Assembly: GCA_047495785.1 (NCBI GenBank)
Contig: JBLDXI010000004.1
Span: forward strand, 1,612,001-1,676,000
Length of the DNA stretch: 64,000 bases
Source of the DNA: Lepidodermella squamata
Taxonomy: Eukaryota > Animalia > Gastrotricha
Direction of reading: 5' to 3'
Position numbers and translations under genes: made by a program
Notes under the pieces: generated by a model
Seen by the model: only the letters and a program-made list of their open reading frames with translations
Database searches by the model: none
What the model was told of the DNA's origin: nothing
Shown here: in pieces, positions 24,190 through 37,700 of the stretch
Numbering within the stretch: the stretch's first letter is position 1
Layout: each line of letters begins with the position of its first letter

Positions 24190-24877
24190 TCAGCGATATT
24201 GTATCTTCGCGTTACATTCGGCTTTATTATCGCTAAATAGAATGATTTGCATTCAACAAAACTTGAAAAAACTCGAAAGTGATCTTACATAATGCAAGCA
24301 AGCACACCTTCGCAAGGGCTTTCCGAATCCTCGTTTGCAACTTGTGGGGGACATTTCGTCATGAGGCACTGTAGAGCATCCATCGAATATGATCTATGAT
24401 ATGGAGAAAAATGCAGCGTAACTTCCCCTTATTTGGTCCAGAATCGTTTTTACTCAAAGTTAACACATTTTAGCGCTTTAATATGCTTGAACGGATGTGA
24501 TTTATTGATCTTCACAAAGCTGGGCACATGGAACTACCACTATAAAATATTGGGCTGGCGGCAAGAATTCATTTTATTCGATCAGTGAGTAACAGATTTG
24601 TTCCCAATTGTGAGGCATGGGATATTGGCTATTCACTATTATATGGTAATCGTAGTTATTTTTTGAACCGAACCTGGCCGGAATAATATCGGAGTAAATA
24701 TCTATTCAACTTACAGCGATAACATTCCCAATACTTGATCGCATGAACCCGCTCCGCCGTTTGAAGAAAGGCACAGGAAAATCAGGATACCTTCAGATGA
24801 GTAAGCACAAGGAAAATTCAGAAAAGAGTCTTTGAATGAAAGTTCATCTGCCTACCCAGATACAATCGCACGGCCAT
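24190..24877 (-). CDS. Small secreted 6-Cys protein, copy A
   Basis: Four exons (intron phases 1,2,2): MAVRLYLGILIFLCLSSNGGAGSCDQVLGMLSLSYSMDALQCLMTKCPPQVANEDSESPCEGVLACIIDNKAECNAKIQYR*. Same Cys spacing and exon phases as three paralogs. Confidence 0.8.
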
Positions 24878-25722
24878 TTTTCAGCTTCAAGTATCAAGCT
24901 AAAAATCTTAAGGACATAGATTATCACGAATAAATAAAATAAATAGATTCTAATCGAAAATTAGAATCTTACATTATGCAGTTGAAAATGAAAGAATATT
25001 CACTCAGCCGAAAAAATTTACCCAGAGAAGAGTAATGCACAGAGCGGAGCTGAAGTCGTTTTTCAAATAACATGTTCGTAGCTTAATTTGAATTTGAACA
25101 GCCGTCGAAGCAAACATTATTTCACGGTGGCTCGATAATAACTGAAATTACAGAGGTCTTGAACATTATCTATTAAAATAAGCGTGAGAGAAAACACAGC
25201 GGGTAAATAAAGTCTTATCTCATCCGACGACCAACAATTTGACTAAAATCATCCGATATAAAAATATCGATTTTCTCGATTTTTCCACATGGGCATATCC
25301 CTTTTATGCACCCTATTTTGGCACCTGAACCGGTAGAATTTTGTGCTAAAAGACTTATATGGCGATCCGAGTAGTAACTTTTTTACTGTAATTTTTTGAA
25401 AATATGAACCAAAATCATAAACATGGTATCAGTAGATCGATAGGCGGGCAAAATTCAAGCTTTTGACCCTGTAAAATCGGCGGTGTAAAAACAGCAAAAA
25501 TGGCTTTTCAATTTTGAACGTGTAACAAGCTGCAAGCTATATTAGGCAATACATTAACGATAGGTGTTGAAACGAGAATATGGAATAATACAGATTCAGA
25601 CAAAATATATTCTTGGTTTGATACTACAACAGCAATAACGGTTCAGCAAATGTTGACAGTTTCGCCTATTGAATCAGCTGAATTTTTCGTTCATCTGGCA
25701 CATTCCAAGCTTATGCAAATCC

Positions 25723-26450
25723 TCACGGTTTCTCGAGTGGGTTGACGTCGCCATCACTGCATTGGTTCCAGTTACTCCTGTATAAAATGTTGCCAATGTT
25801 AACAGCAAAAGTGAACCATTGTACAAGTCGGCTTACATAACGCAATTAAGCGTTGCTCTGCAAAGCCCTTCTGCTTCAGCTTCCGCGCTATCACGATGGC
25901 ATATTTGCAGGATGCACTGTAAAGCCGAATAGCTCGCCTTACTAAGACAAAAATAATCGTCATTACAGCCACAGGTATTGTAAAAGTTAACTTTCTGGTT
26001 GAATTGATTTACCTACTCACGGCATCGAAAGCCCGATGCGGCCAACAAGTGCATAAGTTTCTTAATTCGCACACAAGCTTCGCGCCAGTGATAAATTACT
26101 ACTTCATTTTTACACCCCATTTGAGATGGTCGTCCCCTACCCCCTACATTCTCGTAAAATTAAACGAACTTGTTGCAAACTTGTTGTAAACGCGCCTGCT
26201 GTGAAAACGCTATGAATGACCCCAAGTTACACACAAAATCGGATAGAGACTGTTTTCAGGCCGTGATGGCGTTCCTCCAACTTACTATGCTAGTCGTCCC
26301 AAGACCTCTGTGCAGGGTTGTACAGATGATAGAGCCCCATTTGCCAGGACCAGGATGATCACAAAACCTAGATATAAAGAAAGTTGGAGACTTTGTCTTT
26401 GAGAAGGCGCTGTTTATCTGCTTACATAGATACAAATGCACGTTAGCCAT
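25723..26450 (-). CDS. Small secreted 6-Cys protein, copy B
   Basis: Four exons: MANVHLYLCFVIILVLANGALSSVQPCTEVLGRLAYKASYSALQCILQICHRDSAEAEAEGLCRATLNCVMSNWNQCSDGDVNPLEKP*. Confidence 0.8.
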
Positions 26451-26978
26451 TCAACAGCGTCGAAGTTTCTTAAAATAATCTATCGCAAAATTAGTGCTGA
26501 TCAATTGAATAGGCTCAATTTATGAACAGATAATTTAAAATTCAATCATTTGATTATCAGCAAGGGATGTATAATGCAAGGTTCAAACAAATATCCCCGT
26601 GTCATACTTGGATGATCCCGCTCGCTACATCGAGCTGAATGTCTGCCACAGTTGCCAGTCTTTCATTATCAAGGTTACACGCAGAGCGTCTCAGTTAGCC
26701 ATAAATTATTCTTAATTTCGCTTGAGTGACTTCGGTCGGTTCAAAGCTCAAATAAAATTACGAAAATGTCCTCATTCGTGAGATGCCCGCATTTACATGG
26801 GGGTAGCTAGCGGGTCCATTGTTCTCACTCGTGCACTTTATTGCAGTGCACCAGGTAAGTGGTGTGAATGTGGAGCAATTTAGGTTACTTTTTATCCAGG
26901 CTGAATATTTTACGGGCTCTGAAAAAGGTAACCCGCCTAATGTCTTCAGAAGGGCTTGCTATGTAAACAATTTTCTAG

Positions 26979-27173
26979 GATATCGTTAGCGTCGTTGAAT
27001 AACTCGGATTTAGGATTTTTTACATCCGTTTCAAGGTCACGGGTGACAATTAAAAAGAGGTTTTTCAACGTGAATGAAGACGCAAAACAAATGACTTTTT
27101 ACTTCTCATCTATCACCTTGTGATGGATGTAAACAAGCCTAAATCCGAGTTATTCATCAACGCTAACGATATC
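26979..27173. mobile_element. MITE with ~36-bp TIRs
   Basis: GATATCGTTAGCGTCGTTGAATAACTCGGATTTAGG / CCTAAATCCGAGTTATTCATCAACGCTAACGATATC. Termini resemble 34948-35132. Confidence 0.75.
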
Positions 27174-27558
27174 GCGCTACGTTTACGGTTTGGACATGAA
27201 CAGGTTCGAATCCGAGTTCCGAGTTAGTCAACGAAACCAACGATATGAATTCGTATAAGTCTCACACCTCCTATTAATGTCCATGCATCATAACCACTCG
27301 AACGAGGACGTAGAATATAAATAATTGATGTGTTAATTTTTTTATTGAAATTAGTTCAGAACCATAAAGAACAGCGAACAGAAGATATATGGTAAAGTCG
27401 GAGTTCGAAATAATTTGAAAGAAGGGATGTTTTATTTATTGCGTGTGTTTCAGGTATATGTTGCACCCGGGCATTTGAAACAGAAAAGAAACGGGTTTTT
27501 GAAGTTTAAGACTTTCAAGACCTGGATAATTTGGAACAGAAGAAGTCCACAATTATCA

Positions 27559-28154
27559 CTAGTTCAAGCTGCGAATCTGCCTTATGTAGTTTATCTTTGC
27601 ACCACATTCGTCGTGATTTTCCCTGAATAACGTTTCATGTGTTTTAAAAAGGTCAACAACATTGCATAAATAATCTTACTTCATACAGGCAAGAACTGCT
27701 TCGCACTGCTGATCATCTGATGGATCCTCGCCTATGAAATCTGGATGGCATTTTGCAGCGAGGCATCGCAGAGCTTCTAGTGAATATGACCTGCATGGAG
27801 CAATAATTGGAAAAAACATTTAATAGTCTAAAGAAATTGGAGAAAATTATGGAAATAGCGTGAGATGTTTCCAATCACCGATGAACAAGCACATTTGTTT
27901 CCCGATTCTGAGGCATGGGCTAGTGATTAATTCAATAGCGCTAATAATCATATATATATCTATCAGTCCGTTTCGCTATTATTTCAACTTTCAGGCTCAT
28001 AATTCCAAGGATTTGTTCGCATGTTGCAGCTTTTGACGATGCAGCACAACAACACACGACGATTGCTAAACCTAAATAAAAGGAAAATCAGGGAAAGAGT
28101 CATTGAAATTGTTCTGCTTAACTGCTTACCAATACACAAACGTGCAGCATTCAT
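27559..28154 (-). CDS. Small secreted 6-Cys protein, copy C (GA donor at intron 2; possibly defective)
   Basis: MNAARLCIGLAIVVCCCAASSKAATCEQILGIMSLSYSLEALRCLAAKCHPDFIGEDPSDDQQCEAVLACMKENHDECGAKINYIRQIRSLN*. The donor at 27992 reads GAAAGT where paralogs have GTAAGT or GTGAGT. Confidence 0.7.
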
Positions 28155-28185
28155 TATGAGTTTAAAGTATTAGGATTATGTATAA

Positions 28186-28620
28186 ATAAGGCCCTAGGGA
28201 AGGCTAGTTTCGAGGAAAAACTCACATAATAAGGCGAGGCGAAGCCGAGTCTTATTATGCGATTTTTCCGAGGAACTAGCCGTACCGTGGGCCTTATTAG
28301 ACATATTACTCAACGAAATGCGACTTTAAAAAATCAACCTTAAAAATGTACGTTGAAAACGGCATTTTTGAACGAATTTCATGCTGAAACAAGAAAAGTG
28401 ATCTCTTTCCGTTCGAAGAGTTTTGAGTGTTTTTTCTCGCTTCGCTCGATGAAATCAGCGTCCCCTCGCTTCGCTCGGACGAAGACCTTGCCCCGTGATG
28501 CTCGCTGCGCTCGCGTTTCACGGCGGGGCAAGGTTTTCGGCGCCTTCGGCGCGAGATTCGAAAATTAAAAAATCCACCTTAAATAAGCGGTTTCTTATTA
28601 TGTTATTATGTTATTATGTA
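28186..28620. mobile_element. Palindromic repeat with GCGAAGCCGAG loop (Crypton-like non-autonomous element?)
   Basis: Hairpin 28186-28299 centred on GCGAGGCGAAGCCGAG, followed by CTCGCTTCGCTCG and CGGCGCCTTCGGCGC motifs. The classification is by resemblance only. Confidence 0.45.
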
Positions 28621-29042
28621 AGCTTCGCCTAGAGTAATAGAGTATGTTTCTTCAAGATTCTTTTAGAGAAAAATACTTCGAATTACGATCAAGCTAAATG
28701 CTCATAGCTCGAATGTCTTAGGCTCAGCACGCGCGGTCCCTGAATGTGTCACATTTTCTTATAATTACTGCAGTTGATGGAGTGTGAATGCGGTGCAAAT
28801 AAAGTATAATATCGCAATAAAAACAGTGCATGGGCGAATTAAGCCTAGAAAGTTGCTGCTAATGTCTTCACATCAGCGACATTAATCGCCTCGTCAACTG
28901 CACCCTGCACCTTTATCCGCCTGTGTTCCAATTTTGCAAGGAGCGGTTTTATTTTGACCGAAAACATATCGAATGAAAGATGACAAGATAGAATGGAAAT
29001 AGTTAACATATGTTCAAGCCAGCCCAGACGTTTCGATAGCAT

Positions 29043-29810
29043 TCACATGCTTTTCATGAATTTCACATTGATGCCAATGAAAGCGGCTAGAAACACGAAA
29101 ACTGCAACAACATCCATAATGTGGACCGTATTGATCTTCCTCTTGCCAGCCTCCTGCTCCAAAATGCCACATGCTAGGCCGAGAGTATCGCAGCAGCGTA
29201 CCACATCATAGCCTGGACGTAATTCCCTAGCAAATTCGCCTCACCTCTCAGCGGAACCTTTTGACTCATCGCAGACTGCGCGAAAGTGATTGTAAGCAGC
29301 GTGGTCGCTGTGAAGGCTGGACGGTCCGGGCAATCGGGCGGGAACAACAGGGTGGCTAGATCCAGCCCTGTCATCACCCCAGCCGGGACTAGATAGTTCA
29401 TTATGTAGAAAGTTGGATCGCGAGTCAAAGTGACTCGAAATTTGGCCGTCGAGACTTCGAGACCGTTGAATTGATTAGTCGCCACGAACTTGCTGGTATT
29501 GACCAGTTTCCACTCGGAATGAAGCAGGGCCTCATTCGACCAGAAGAATCGAGGGTTATTCTCGTCAAATTTCAGCAGGCAGCAGGCTCTTGTCATTCAT
29601 GAGTGCGATCTCCATCCAGCAGGTTTGCGTGCCGAATGAGAATTTCTCCAACCGGAACAAGCATTCGTACGTCAACTTGCCCTTTCGTGTCCAGTAGAAG
29701 TCGTAGATCTGGCCCTTCTTCACCGTCATCAGTAGATTATCGGCGCAAGGCACGTCTTTCAGATACACGATTGATACGCGTTGATGTATCGAACTTTTGG
29801 CTGCCAACTA
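29043..29810 (-). pseudogene. 5'-truncated, frameshifted copy of the intronless Cys-loop subunit at 48213-49460
   Basis: Near-identical peptide blocks (YECLFRLEKF...TQTCWMEIAL, RDPTFYIMNYLVP, PDRPAFTATTLLT) split over frames, with a deletion in M3 and no N-terminal half. Confidence 0.92.
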
Positions 29811-30099
29811 TCAGTCCCGCTTGAACGTCACGGTCGAGATCTGATCGGGTGGATTAACTTCCTCGTCAGATTCCTCGTCAGCTACGCGACTGTTCTTTGT
29901 CTTGCTTCTTGGCTTACCTTGTATAATAAGTGATAACGTCGCCTAAAAATCAGGCAGCCTATGATAAAAACGTTGCTCTATGCTGAATGACAATAAGATG
30001 ATGAGGATTTGAGTAATCTGGATGCTGCCAGATCCTCCTGCGGTGAACGAAAAGCAGGCGAAATTAGCGAAAAACCGCTCTGGTTGACACCATTAGCCA

Positions 30100-30330
30100 A
30101 ATTCACTAAATTTACTAGCGTTTGCTGACGAAATTGCACGACTACTTCATACTTTCGATTTGGCTTGAACCGAATCGGGTCTGAAAATCAACGCGGCAAA
30201 AACTCGATATACTATGATCATTTCTAGACGTACCCCCAGCGACCGAGTAGTACCCGAGTCAGCTAAACTCATAAGTACGAATTTGAATTGAACAGGAAAA
30301 AACTTGAAAAAGTGATATATGAAAAATGCT
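30100..30330 (+). mobile_element. Degenerate LINE reverse transcriptase fragment
   Basis: Translates as LNLLAFADEIA...GLKINAAKT...FELNRKKLEKV (RT YADD region and downstream motifs) with an internal stop. Confidence 0.7.
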
Positions 30331-30769
30331 TGCTAAATGAAGTCAGACTTGGGAATAATGTGAAGTAGGGGGATGTTTTATTTATTGATGCAGATTAGGT
30401 ATATGTGGCACCTGGCATTAGAAATATCTAATATTATACAAAATACGGTCTTTAGAATTTAGAAATTGGCTTAAGAATAGGTGCACCAGCTGAAATCCCA
30501 TTGGGCAGCTAATTTATCTGAAAGACATGGATGCAACTAATTGGAATGGCGAGCAATATTGTCCACATTTAGTGACCAAACCTAGGTATTGATCTGACTG
30601 TGATATAGGTCGCGATAAGGAGCCGATTCACTGCCCCAGTGCGCGAAGTAGCGGGGAGACTGGGAGTACGGTACTCCCAGTTCGACCGGCCGAGAAAATA
30701 ACAAGATTTTGGGAGAACTTATTCCAACTTCTCGGGATTTCTTAGCTACCGTCAGAGCCGTTTTATGAA

Positions 30770-31018
30770 TCATAATTCCAAGGATTTGCTCGCACTTAGT
30801 GCGAACAACAGCTAATAATTATGAATCATCGCTGCATTTTTTGCATGGTGATGATTCATAATTTCGTGCAAAAAGATCACACCAAGCATGTTTCTGCTCC
30901 AGACAATGCAGCACACCACAGGACAATTGTTAAACCTGAATATAAGATTAAGTAGAGGGAAGCTCATTTGAGTATATCTGTTTCTCTGTTTACCTAGGCG
31001 TAAACGTGCGGCATTCAT
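30770..31018 (-). pseudogene. Disrupted copy of the 6-Cys secreted gene
   Basis: Exons 1-2 are recognisable (MNAARLRLG..AETC/EQILGIM). A ~90-bp palindromic insertion (~30795-30886) splits ETC from EQIL. Exons 3-4 were not found. Confidence 0.75.
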
Positions 31019-31705
31019 TTTGAGTTTCAAGTAATAAGGATTAAGCTTCTTAAAGCTTTTTTCAATAATAGAGACAAATAATAGTTTGAATGAGGCTTGA
31101 GCTGAATAATTTTAGTTATGTCGTTGGCTCAGCACTCAGCACGCGCAATAAACTGAAATATTCGTATGACTTTAAGTTCAGCTGAATCCGGTGCAAATAA
31201 TGTCGCGAGGTCAGCAATACGAATAAGTCATGGTCAGTTAATGCTGAAGTATTCGCTTCAGCGACTTTATTTATGACCACGAGTAAGTGGGAATTACGTA
31301 AACTCAGTTTTTTATCTGTAAAAGGAGATAGCTGACACTTCAAAGGTAGCCCAGAATCTATATTTACTATATTTACTATATTTATCTATATTTACGGGCC
31401 ATATGAAGCATTGAAAACACATTATACTAATTCCTCACGGCGTAGGTTCGAATTCGTGTTTTAAGTCGGTCTTTCAACCGGATGTTTTCTAACTGGGCTG
31501 ACATTTTTCACGCCAATGGAGTCTGAGTATTGCCAACGCCGTCGTTGAATATTACGTATCTCATCAATATTACAAACTAAGAAAAAATATGAATTTATAC
31601 CTTAATAAACGAATAATACTCGCTGTGTTAAGATGCACATTTACGCGCACACGAAGAAATGTTTATTAAGCCTTTTTGTGGCAATTTATATATGATATTT
31701 ACAAC

Positions 31706-34700
31706 ATGCGCCTTTTCGTAACAAATATAATCGCCTCGTAGTCGTAGGCGTAGTCGTTGCTCAGGATAATGCGATCGGATGCGGCGCTATGAACCCTACA
31801 GCAATGGCGAAATCAACAGGCCCAGGCAGTCACCCAGCAGGAGCACACGAATTTCCGTGGCTGGTTCGCTTCATTTTAATATTAATGCAGTTCAGAACAA
31901 ACAGGATGTCTTTTCAAGGTCTTACTGGAGATAACCTTCAGCGGCGAAAAAGAACCGTCTAACTGCGGCGCTTCTCTCATCTCAAGGCAATGGCTGATAA
32001 CAGCTGCTCATTGCGTTTCGAATGCCGGAGAGACTCCAGTTTCGTTAGTGTTTTTCGAATTCACCCGTTCCATATAGTCTTCTCTTTTATCGCACAGGAT
32101 CACGGCGAAGCTAGGACGCTATAACATCAGCGTGGCTTCAGAGACGGCATCTCACGAATCTTCAGTGTCGCTGCCTCCGTTAGTGCATCGGCTATACGAC
32201 GGCAGTCAAAATTTCTACGACTTTGATTTCGCTCTCTTGCGACTCTTGAGCCCAGTTCCTAGATTTACTCGAGAGATTAAACCGATTTGTCTGCCTGACG
32301 CGGCCACAATGTGCCGAGCCAACTCAGTCACCGCAAATTCGATCGACGGATGCGATTCAGCGGTAGCAGTAGGCTGGGGTTACTTTGCACGCAGTATGTT
32401 CCAGTGTCTACTTTAGTTTTCCTTATCGTAAATTCAACACCCGTGGTTCAAATCTTGTTTATATGTCTACAGAAATTCATAAGTTTCAACGGTATCCCAG
32501 TTTTTCCAGCAGTCTGCAGGAAACAAAACTTACTGCTTTTATATTGTCACTCGAACCCATGGAATGTAAACCATCACAGTGGATGTAGTAAGACGATCGA
32601 GGTTTATTTATGTTAGGGTATCTTTCAGACCTGAATTTATCTGACCAAGTGGTCCTGTGGTTTTTGTGATTCTGACCTGGACCTTCAGATGTGAGGCCCG
32701 TACCCTTCTTACCTATCGCGATTCGCTCACTCATACGGCATATATAATTGGGAGCAGAGTTAGTTGGGATAGGAATATTGTAGTTTAGGAAGATAGACTG
32801 GATTCATTTGCAATATTAACAAAATCACATTAACAGATCCGTAACAGAGCCGCAACAGCCTCTGATTCTTTTATCAGGAAAAAAATATTATCAAAACAAT
32901 GCTAAAAAATTTCAATAAAAATTATTAGTAATCACGAAAAACCAAGAATACTATCTGTTATCAGACATAGCCTAAACCCTACATAGCTTTTTTGTAATTC
33001 AGCTAAACTATCTAAGATAGCAAAGCATCCGGCCTTGTTAAATAGCCTAAACGTTTCCTATGTAATATTAAAGCTAAACTATCTGAGATCCCGAGGAAAC
33101 TGGATCTTCGGGTTCGTTCGTATCGAAATTGCTCGCTAGAGTATTCCCGCATGCGCTCTGAATCGGTCACCATCACCGACTCGAAAATGTGCCTAGCCGC
33201 TGGCAACAGCAGCGACGTTTGTCTGGGCGATTCTGGAGGCCCTTTAATGTGTATGAAATCGATGCAGATTTACCTGCTTGGCATAATTTCGAATGGCGAT
33301 GGGTTTTGCCAGGGATCCATTCCTGGCATCTACAGCAGAGTCTGCAAGATTCTCGATTGGATCACGGAAAACACTGATGTTCGCAGACAGACAACTACTC
33401 CACAGCAGTCGTGTACAGTACCAAACATAACAGCGGGTTTTGTGACCCGCGTGGACCCGGAAACTTCGGAAGATACTGGCGAAGTTCTAAGACCTGGAAC
33501 TGCTGTGGAAAGAGGAGAGGCTGTTAGCGTGAAGTGCAACCTTGGTTATACCTATTCGTCCTCTGTCTCTATTGCTTCATGTTTTCCCCCATTGAGACCG
33601 GCGATAAACGGAAGGTGTAACCCGATAAGTAAGTAAAATCATGTCTTTTAAGTTGAGAGTTAATGGCTATTATCAAGACTGCGACCCTGTTCCTGTATTG
33701 AGTAACGGCTTTTGGACGGGTTCTAACAGATCTGCATCGCACTTGTCCACGATGACGTTGGTCTGCAATCCAGGCTTCAAAGTCGTCGGCCGGAGTACAA
33801 GTCAGTGCCAAGCAAACGGCAGCTGGTCTGCGGCTGGTAGCTGTGAGGCATAGGTGAACTTATTTTACAGCCAAATGAGGGTGTAAGAACAACGTTTATT
33901 CACTATGTGCGCTTCGTTAAACGCGACGCGCACGGCAGACTTCGTTTCCGAAGTTACATTTAGGAAAATGCCAATGTGCAATGTAGGATAGATTCAAAAA
34001 TCAAATTTTCCATTAGGTTTTCTGCCGCAGGCCGCAGTTAACCTTCTCGAAAAATTGAAAAATTGACATCCATGTTGAACTATGAAAAGATCGAAGTAAT
34101 ATATTTACGAAAAGGTGGAGATTTGAGCAATAGTTTCTAACAATTAAGAATAGCTTTCACTCTCACGTCCCAAATGCGTGAAACACAAAGCATTGTCACT
34201 TCTATTTCTTGATTTCTATAATAAATGAAAATTCGTGTGATGAAGACTGCGGCTCTGGTCCTGCGTTAACCAACGGCTTTTGGACTAGTTCTAACAGATC
34301 CACAGCGTACTTGTCGACGATGACATTGGTCTGCAATCCAGGCTTCGAACTCGTTGGCCGGAGTACAAGTCAATGCCAAGCAAACGGCATCTGGTCTGCG
34401 GCGGGTAGCTGCGACCAAATAGGTTAATTACATCTTTCAATAATTCACCATTCTTTCAACTAAATGAGAATTCGTATGATGAAGACTGCGGCCCCGCTCC
34501 TGTATTGGATAATGGCTATTTCACGAGCCCCACCACTGCTACGTCTTATTTGTCCTTGTTGACGTTGGAGTGCAATCCGGGCTTCAAGGTTGTTGGCCAA
34601 ACTACAAGTCAATGCCAAGCTAACGGCAGCTGGTCCCCGGCTGGTCGCTGTGACCCAATAGGTGAATTATTTTCAATTCATCATCGATTTTCAAATGAAA

Positions 34701-37700
34701 TAATGATATATAGTTTGTGTTCCGCCGCCCAAAATACAAAACGGCTACGTATCCCCCGGTCAATCGAGCGTCGGAGCCTCTCGAACCATATCATGCAATT
34801 CGAATTTCTTAATTCAAGGAAATGCTGTCATATCGTGCCTTTCAAGCTTAGCCTGGTCCCAGCCTGGTTCTTGCGTCTTGAGACAGCGAAGACCTGTAAG
34901 TTTTGTCGATTTTGTCGATCTGATCGCATATTTGAAGAAATTATATTATATCGTTAGCGGCGCGCCAAAACAACCACTTTACTATTTATAGATTTTATAT
35001 GGATAGTACGATCGAGAGTAGAAAAAAATCAGTGCTCAAATGGCCTATCGTACTTTATCATTACGCTCGGCGACTTCAAGTACGATCGAATGAATCATCT
35101 AAGTGGTTGTTTGGGCGCGCCGCTAATGATATCTAGCTTTAATTTGATATCAAATTCATCCAATTCAGGTTTTGTAATCGCTTACGGCGAACCTTCGAAG
35201 ATCGAGTAAATCCTTAGGTAGAAAAAAGTAAACAAATGAAGAAGCTAGAGGTTTACTAGAGGTTTATTCCAGTAGACCTAGAGTTCTGTAGATCGTGCAC
35301 AGTTCTAAAAGGCGAAATATTCTTCCAAAATGACTGTTTTATGGCATATCGTCGATCCTATTACAGACAGGATCTGTGGTCTATTGGCATCGATATTGCG
35401 GGGGTCCACATTTAACCATACGATCTACGTATAAGTATGGTAAAAGGAAAGGTACGATGAGGTCGAGCCCATACGATCTATCCCAGTGATTGCCGATCTA
35501 TTAGACTGGATCTACAGGCATCCATCGCGAGTATGTCCTAATTCTACCATGCGATCTACATAGGATCGAACACATACGATCTATCCCAGTGTCAAATTTA
35601 GATCCAGTCATGGTCTACTTTTTTTGACTGGGTAAAGCCCTACCCACTGGTTTTCAAGTAAAAAGTAGAACTGCCGTTATTATTGCCATCAGTCCCATAG
35701 GTTCCCCCCGCCCTGCTGCGGCAGCTATGCTGCTGCTGTTGCCATTATACAGTAGTTCCTCCCTCAGCGGTACGACGACGGTAAAACACTACGGTACGGT
35801 ACCACAGTAGTTTCTCAAAATAAACGTTCTTCTAGGGTCTGTTCACAAACAATTCCATTGTAGTACTTTCATGTGTATTTCCGACAGTACATCATTAGCA
35901 AATCGAATTAGTTTGTGCACAGCCACATTGGGAATATTCGATATTCGTGCTAGTACTTTTATGTTTGCAGAAAAAAACATCCATAGTACTTTCATGCGAG
36001 AGCTCAAGAAAAAAACGTTATACATGTTTATACTAAGGTCGTTAGCCGAATTGAATATTGCAATTAAAAGGTCAATTAAAGAAGAAAGACCCAGTTACCA
36101 ACCGAGAAATGTCGCCTAATTTGACATCAAATTCAAGCATGGATTGGAAATTCTTTGACGCGTTCATTTTTGGATAGAAATTTGTATTTGAAATATCTTT
36201 AGATCAAAATAAAATTATTTTGGCTGGGGGTTGTAATTGGAAAATTAGTCGGCTCAATAAAGCATATTAAATTGAAGCTGATCATAATCCAAGTCTCCGT
36301 GGATTTTTTTAGCCAAATCGAAGATGAAGCTATATGATTTCAATGTTACATAAGTTAAATTTTTCGGTTGATCACTGAGCACTTTTTCCAGTACATTGAC
36401 TATTACTTTAATCAAGTGATTTCTTCCATCGCGCGAAAAAAGCATAAAATAGTGATGAATCATCCCGGCACACACAATGCGCTTTGAGACGCGCCGTATG
36501 AAAAGGGACCTTGTAGTTTCCGTTGTGTCACACAATTGAGGTGACTACCATACGACACGTCTCATTTATATATCTATGATTTAAGCGATATTTTAACAAT
36601 AATATGAATCTTCGTCCTCTTCATTTTATTTTTACAAAATTATTATTTTTTGTAGTTGTTGCTTTTTTCTGAATTGACCCCTAGACATGAAAGTTTCTAG
36701 AAACCAGAAAGAGAAACTGAGAAAGAGAAACCAGCATTCATCCACAAAACACAATCCACAAAAGCATTCAAACACAAAACTAACATTCCAAAAACCTAAA
36801 TAACAAAAACGTGAAAATATGACACTTTCGAAAAACTGGAATGTCCAAAACTGCGCGATGGCTTAGTAAGAGATCGTATCAGATGGAGATTAAGCATTGA
36901 GAGTTCAAAACTGAACACTTTTCCTACCTACGGTATCATACTATACGGCATAATGTTCATTATGTTCATTACGCTAGAACTACGGTAAAGCTACGGTCAT
37001 GTGACGTAGACGTGGAGCTCAGAGATTTTTTGCATTAGCTACACAGATCACGAATATTCAGAAATTCGGCCCGGCCTCTGCATCAAAACAATGATGAATC
37101 GAACAATATATTCCGCGATTATTCCAGGCAATTATTCGAGGTAGTCCCGCGTCAACACCTCCGTCACATGGCTGCGGTAGAACTGCGTTAAGAACTACGG
37201 ATCGCCACATTCAGAAAATGGGGCCTATACTAATAGGCTATAGGCGAGTCACATTATCGGCAATTACGCATTATGACCATAAGCATGAAACAAAAATATT
37301 TATTTGCGCCCTGGCAATCTGAGCAACCTGAGCAACCTGGACGAAAACGTGGGAGTGCGGGGACTGATCGCACGGCCCGCATATGTTTTTTTCGCCGCAC
37401 ACACATACGCGAACGGCATACAATGCTCAACTGCACGGGGTCGGGTTCCAGACCCGTGAAATTATCGAGGGAAATCCCTCGAATTCCCAGGGAAACAGTT
37501 AACAAGGGATTTGCGTTTTTTTGCTTTAAACAGATGGTGCCGCACGACCGCTCAGAGTCCAAAAAAGAGTTGCAATTAAAGAGGGAGTGTTGATAGCGGG
37601 GGTGCAGTTATCGAGGAGCACTGATTAGTTGATTACTTGCAAATACTTGCTAATTGCTAATAATGTCTTATTGCATTTAGGTCAGTGAAGTGTACGATCA

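Noticed and set aside
24400-24710. Conserved block (CCCATGCCTCA...) in 6-Cys gene intron 2 as an extra exon
   Set aside because: Stops and frame differences among copies. Skipping it gives identical C-x17-C spacing in all four genes.
32990-33073. Upstream duplicate acceptor as an alternative splice site
   Set aside because: It is 71 nt upstream of the true acceptor and would frameshift the protease.
35161-35180. TTCAG|GTTTTGTAA as a short terminal exon for protease copy 1
   Set aside because: No counterpart in copy 2, whereas the intron end before the ankyrin exon is conserved. Not excluded without RNA data.
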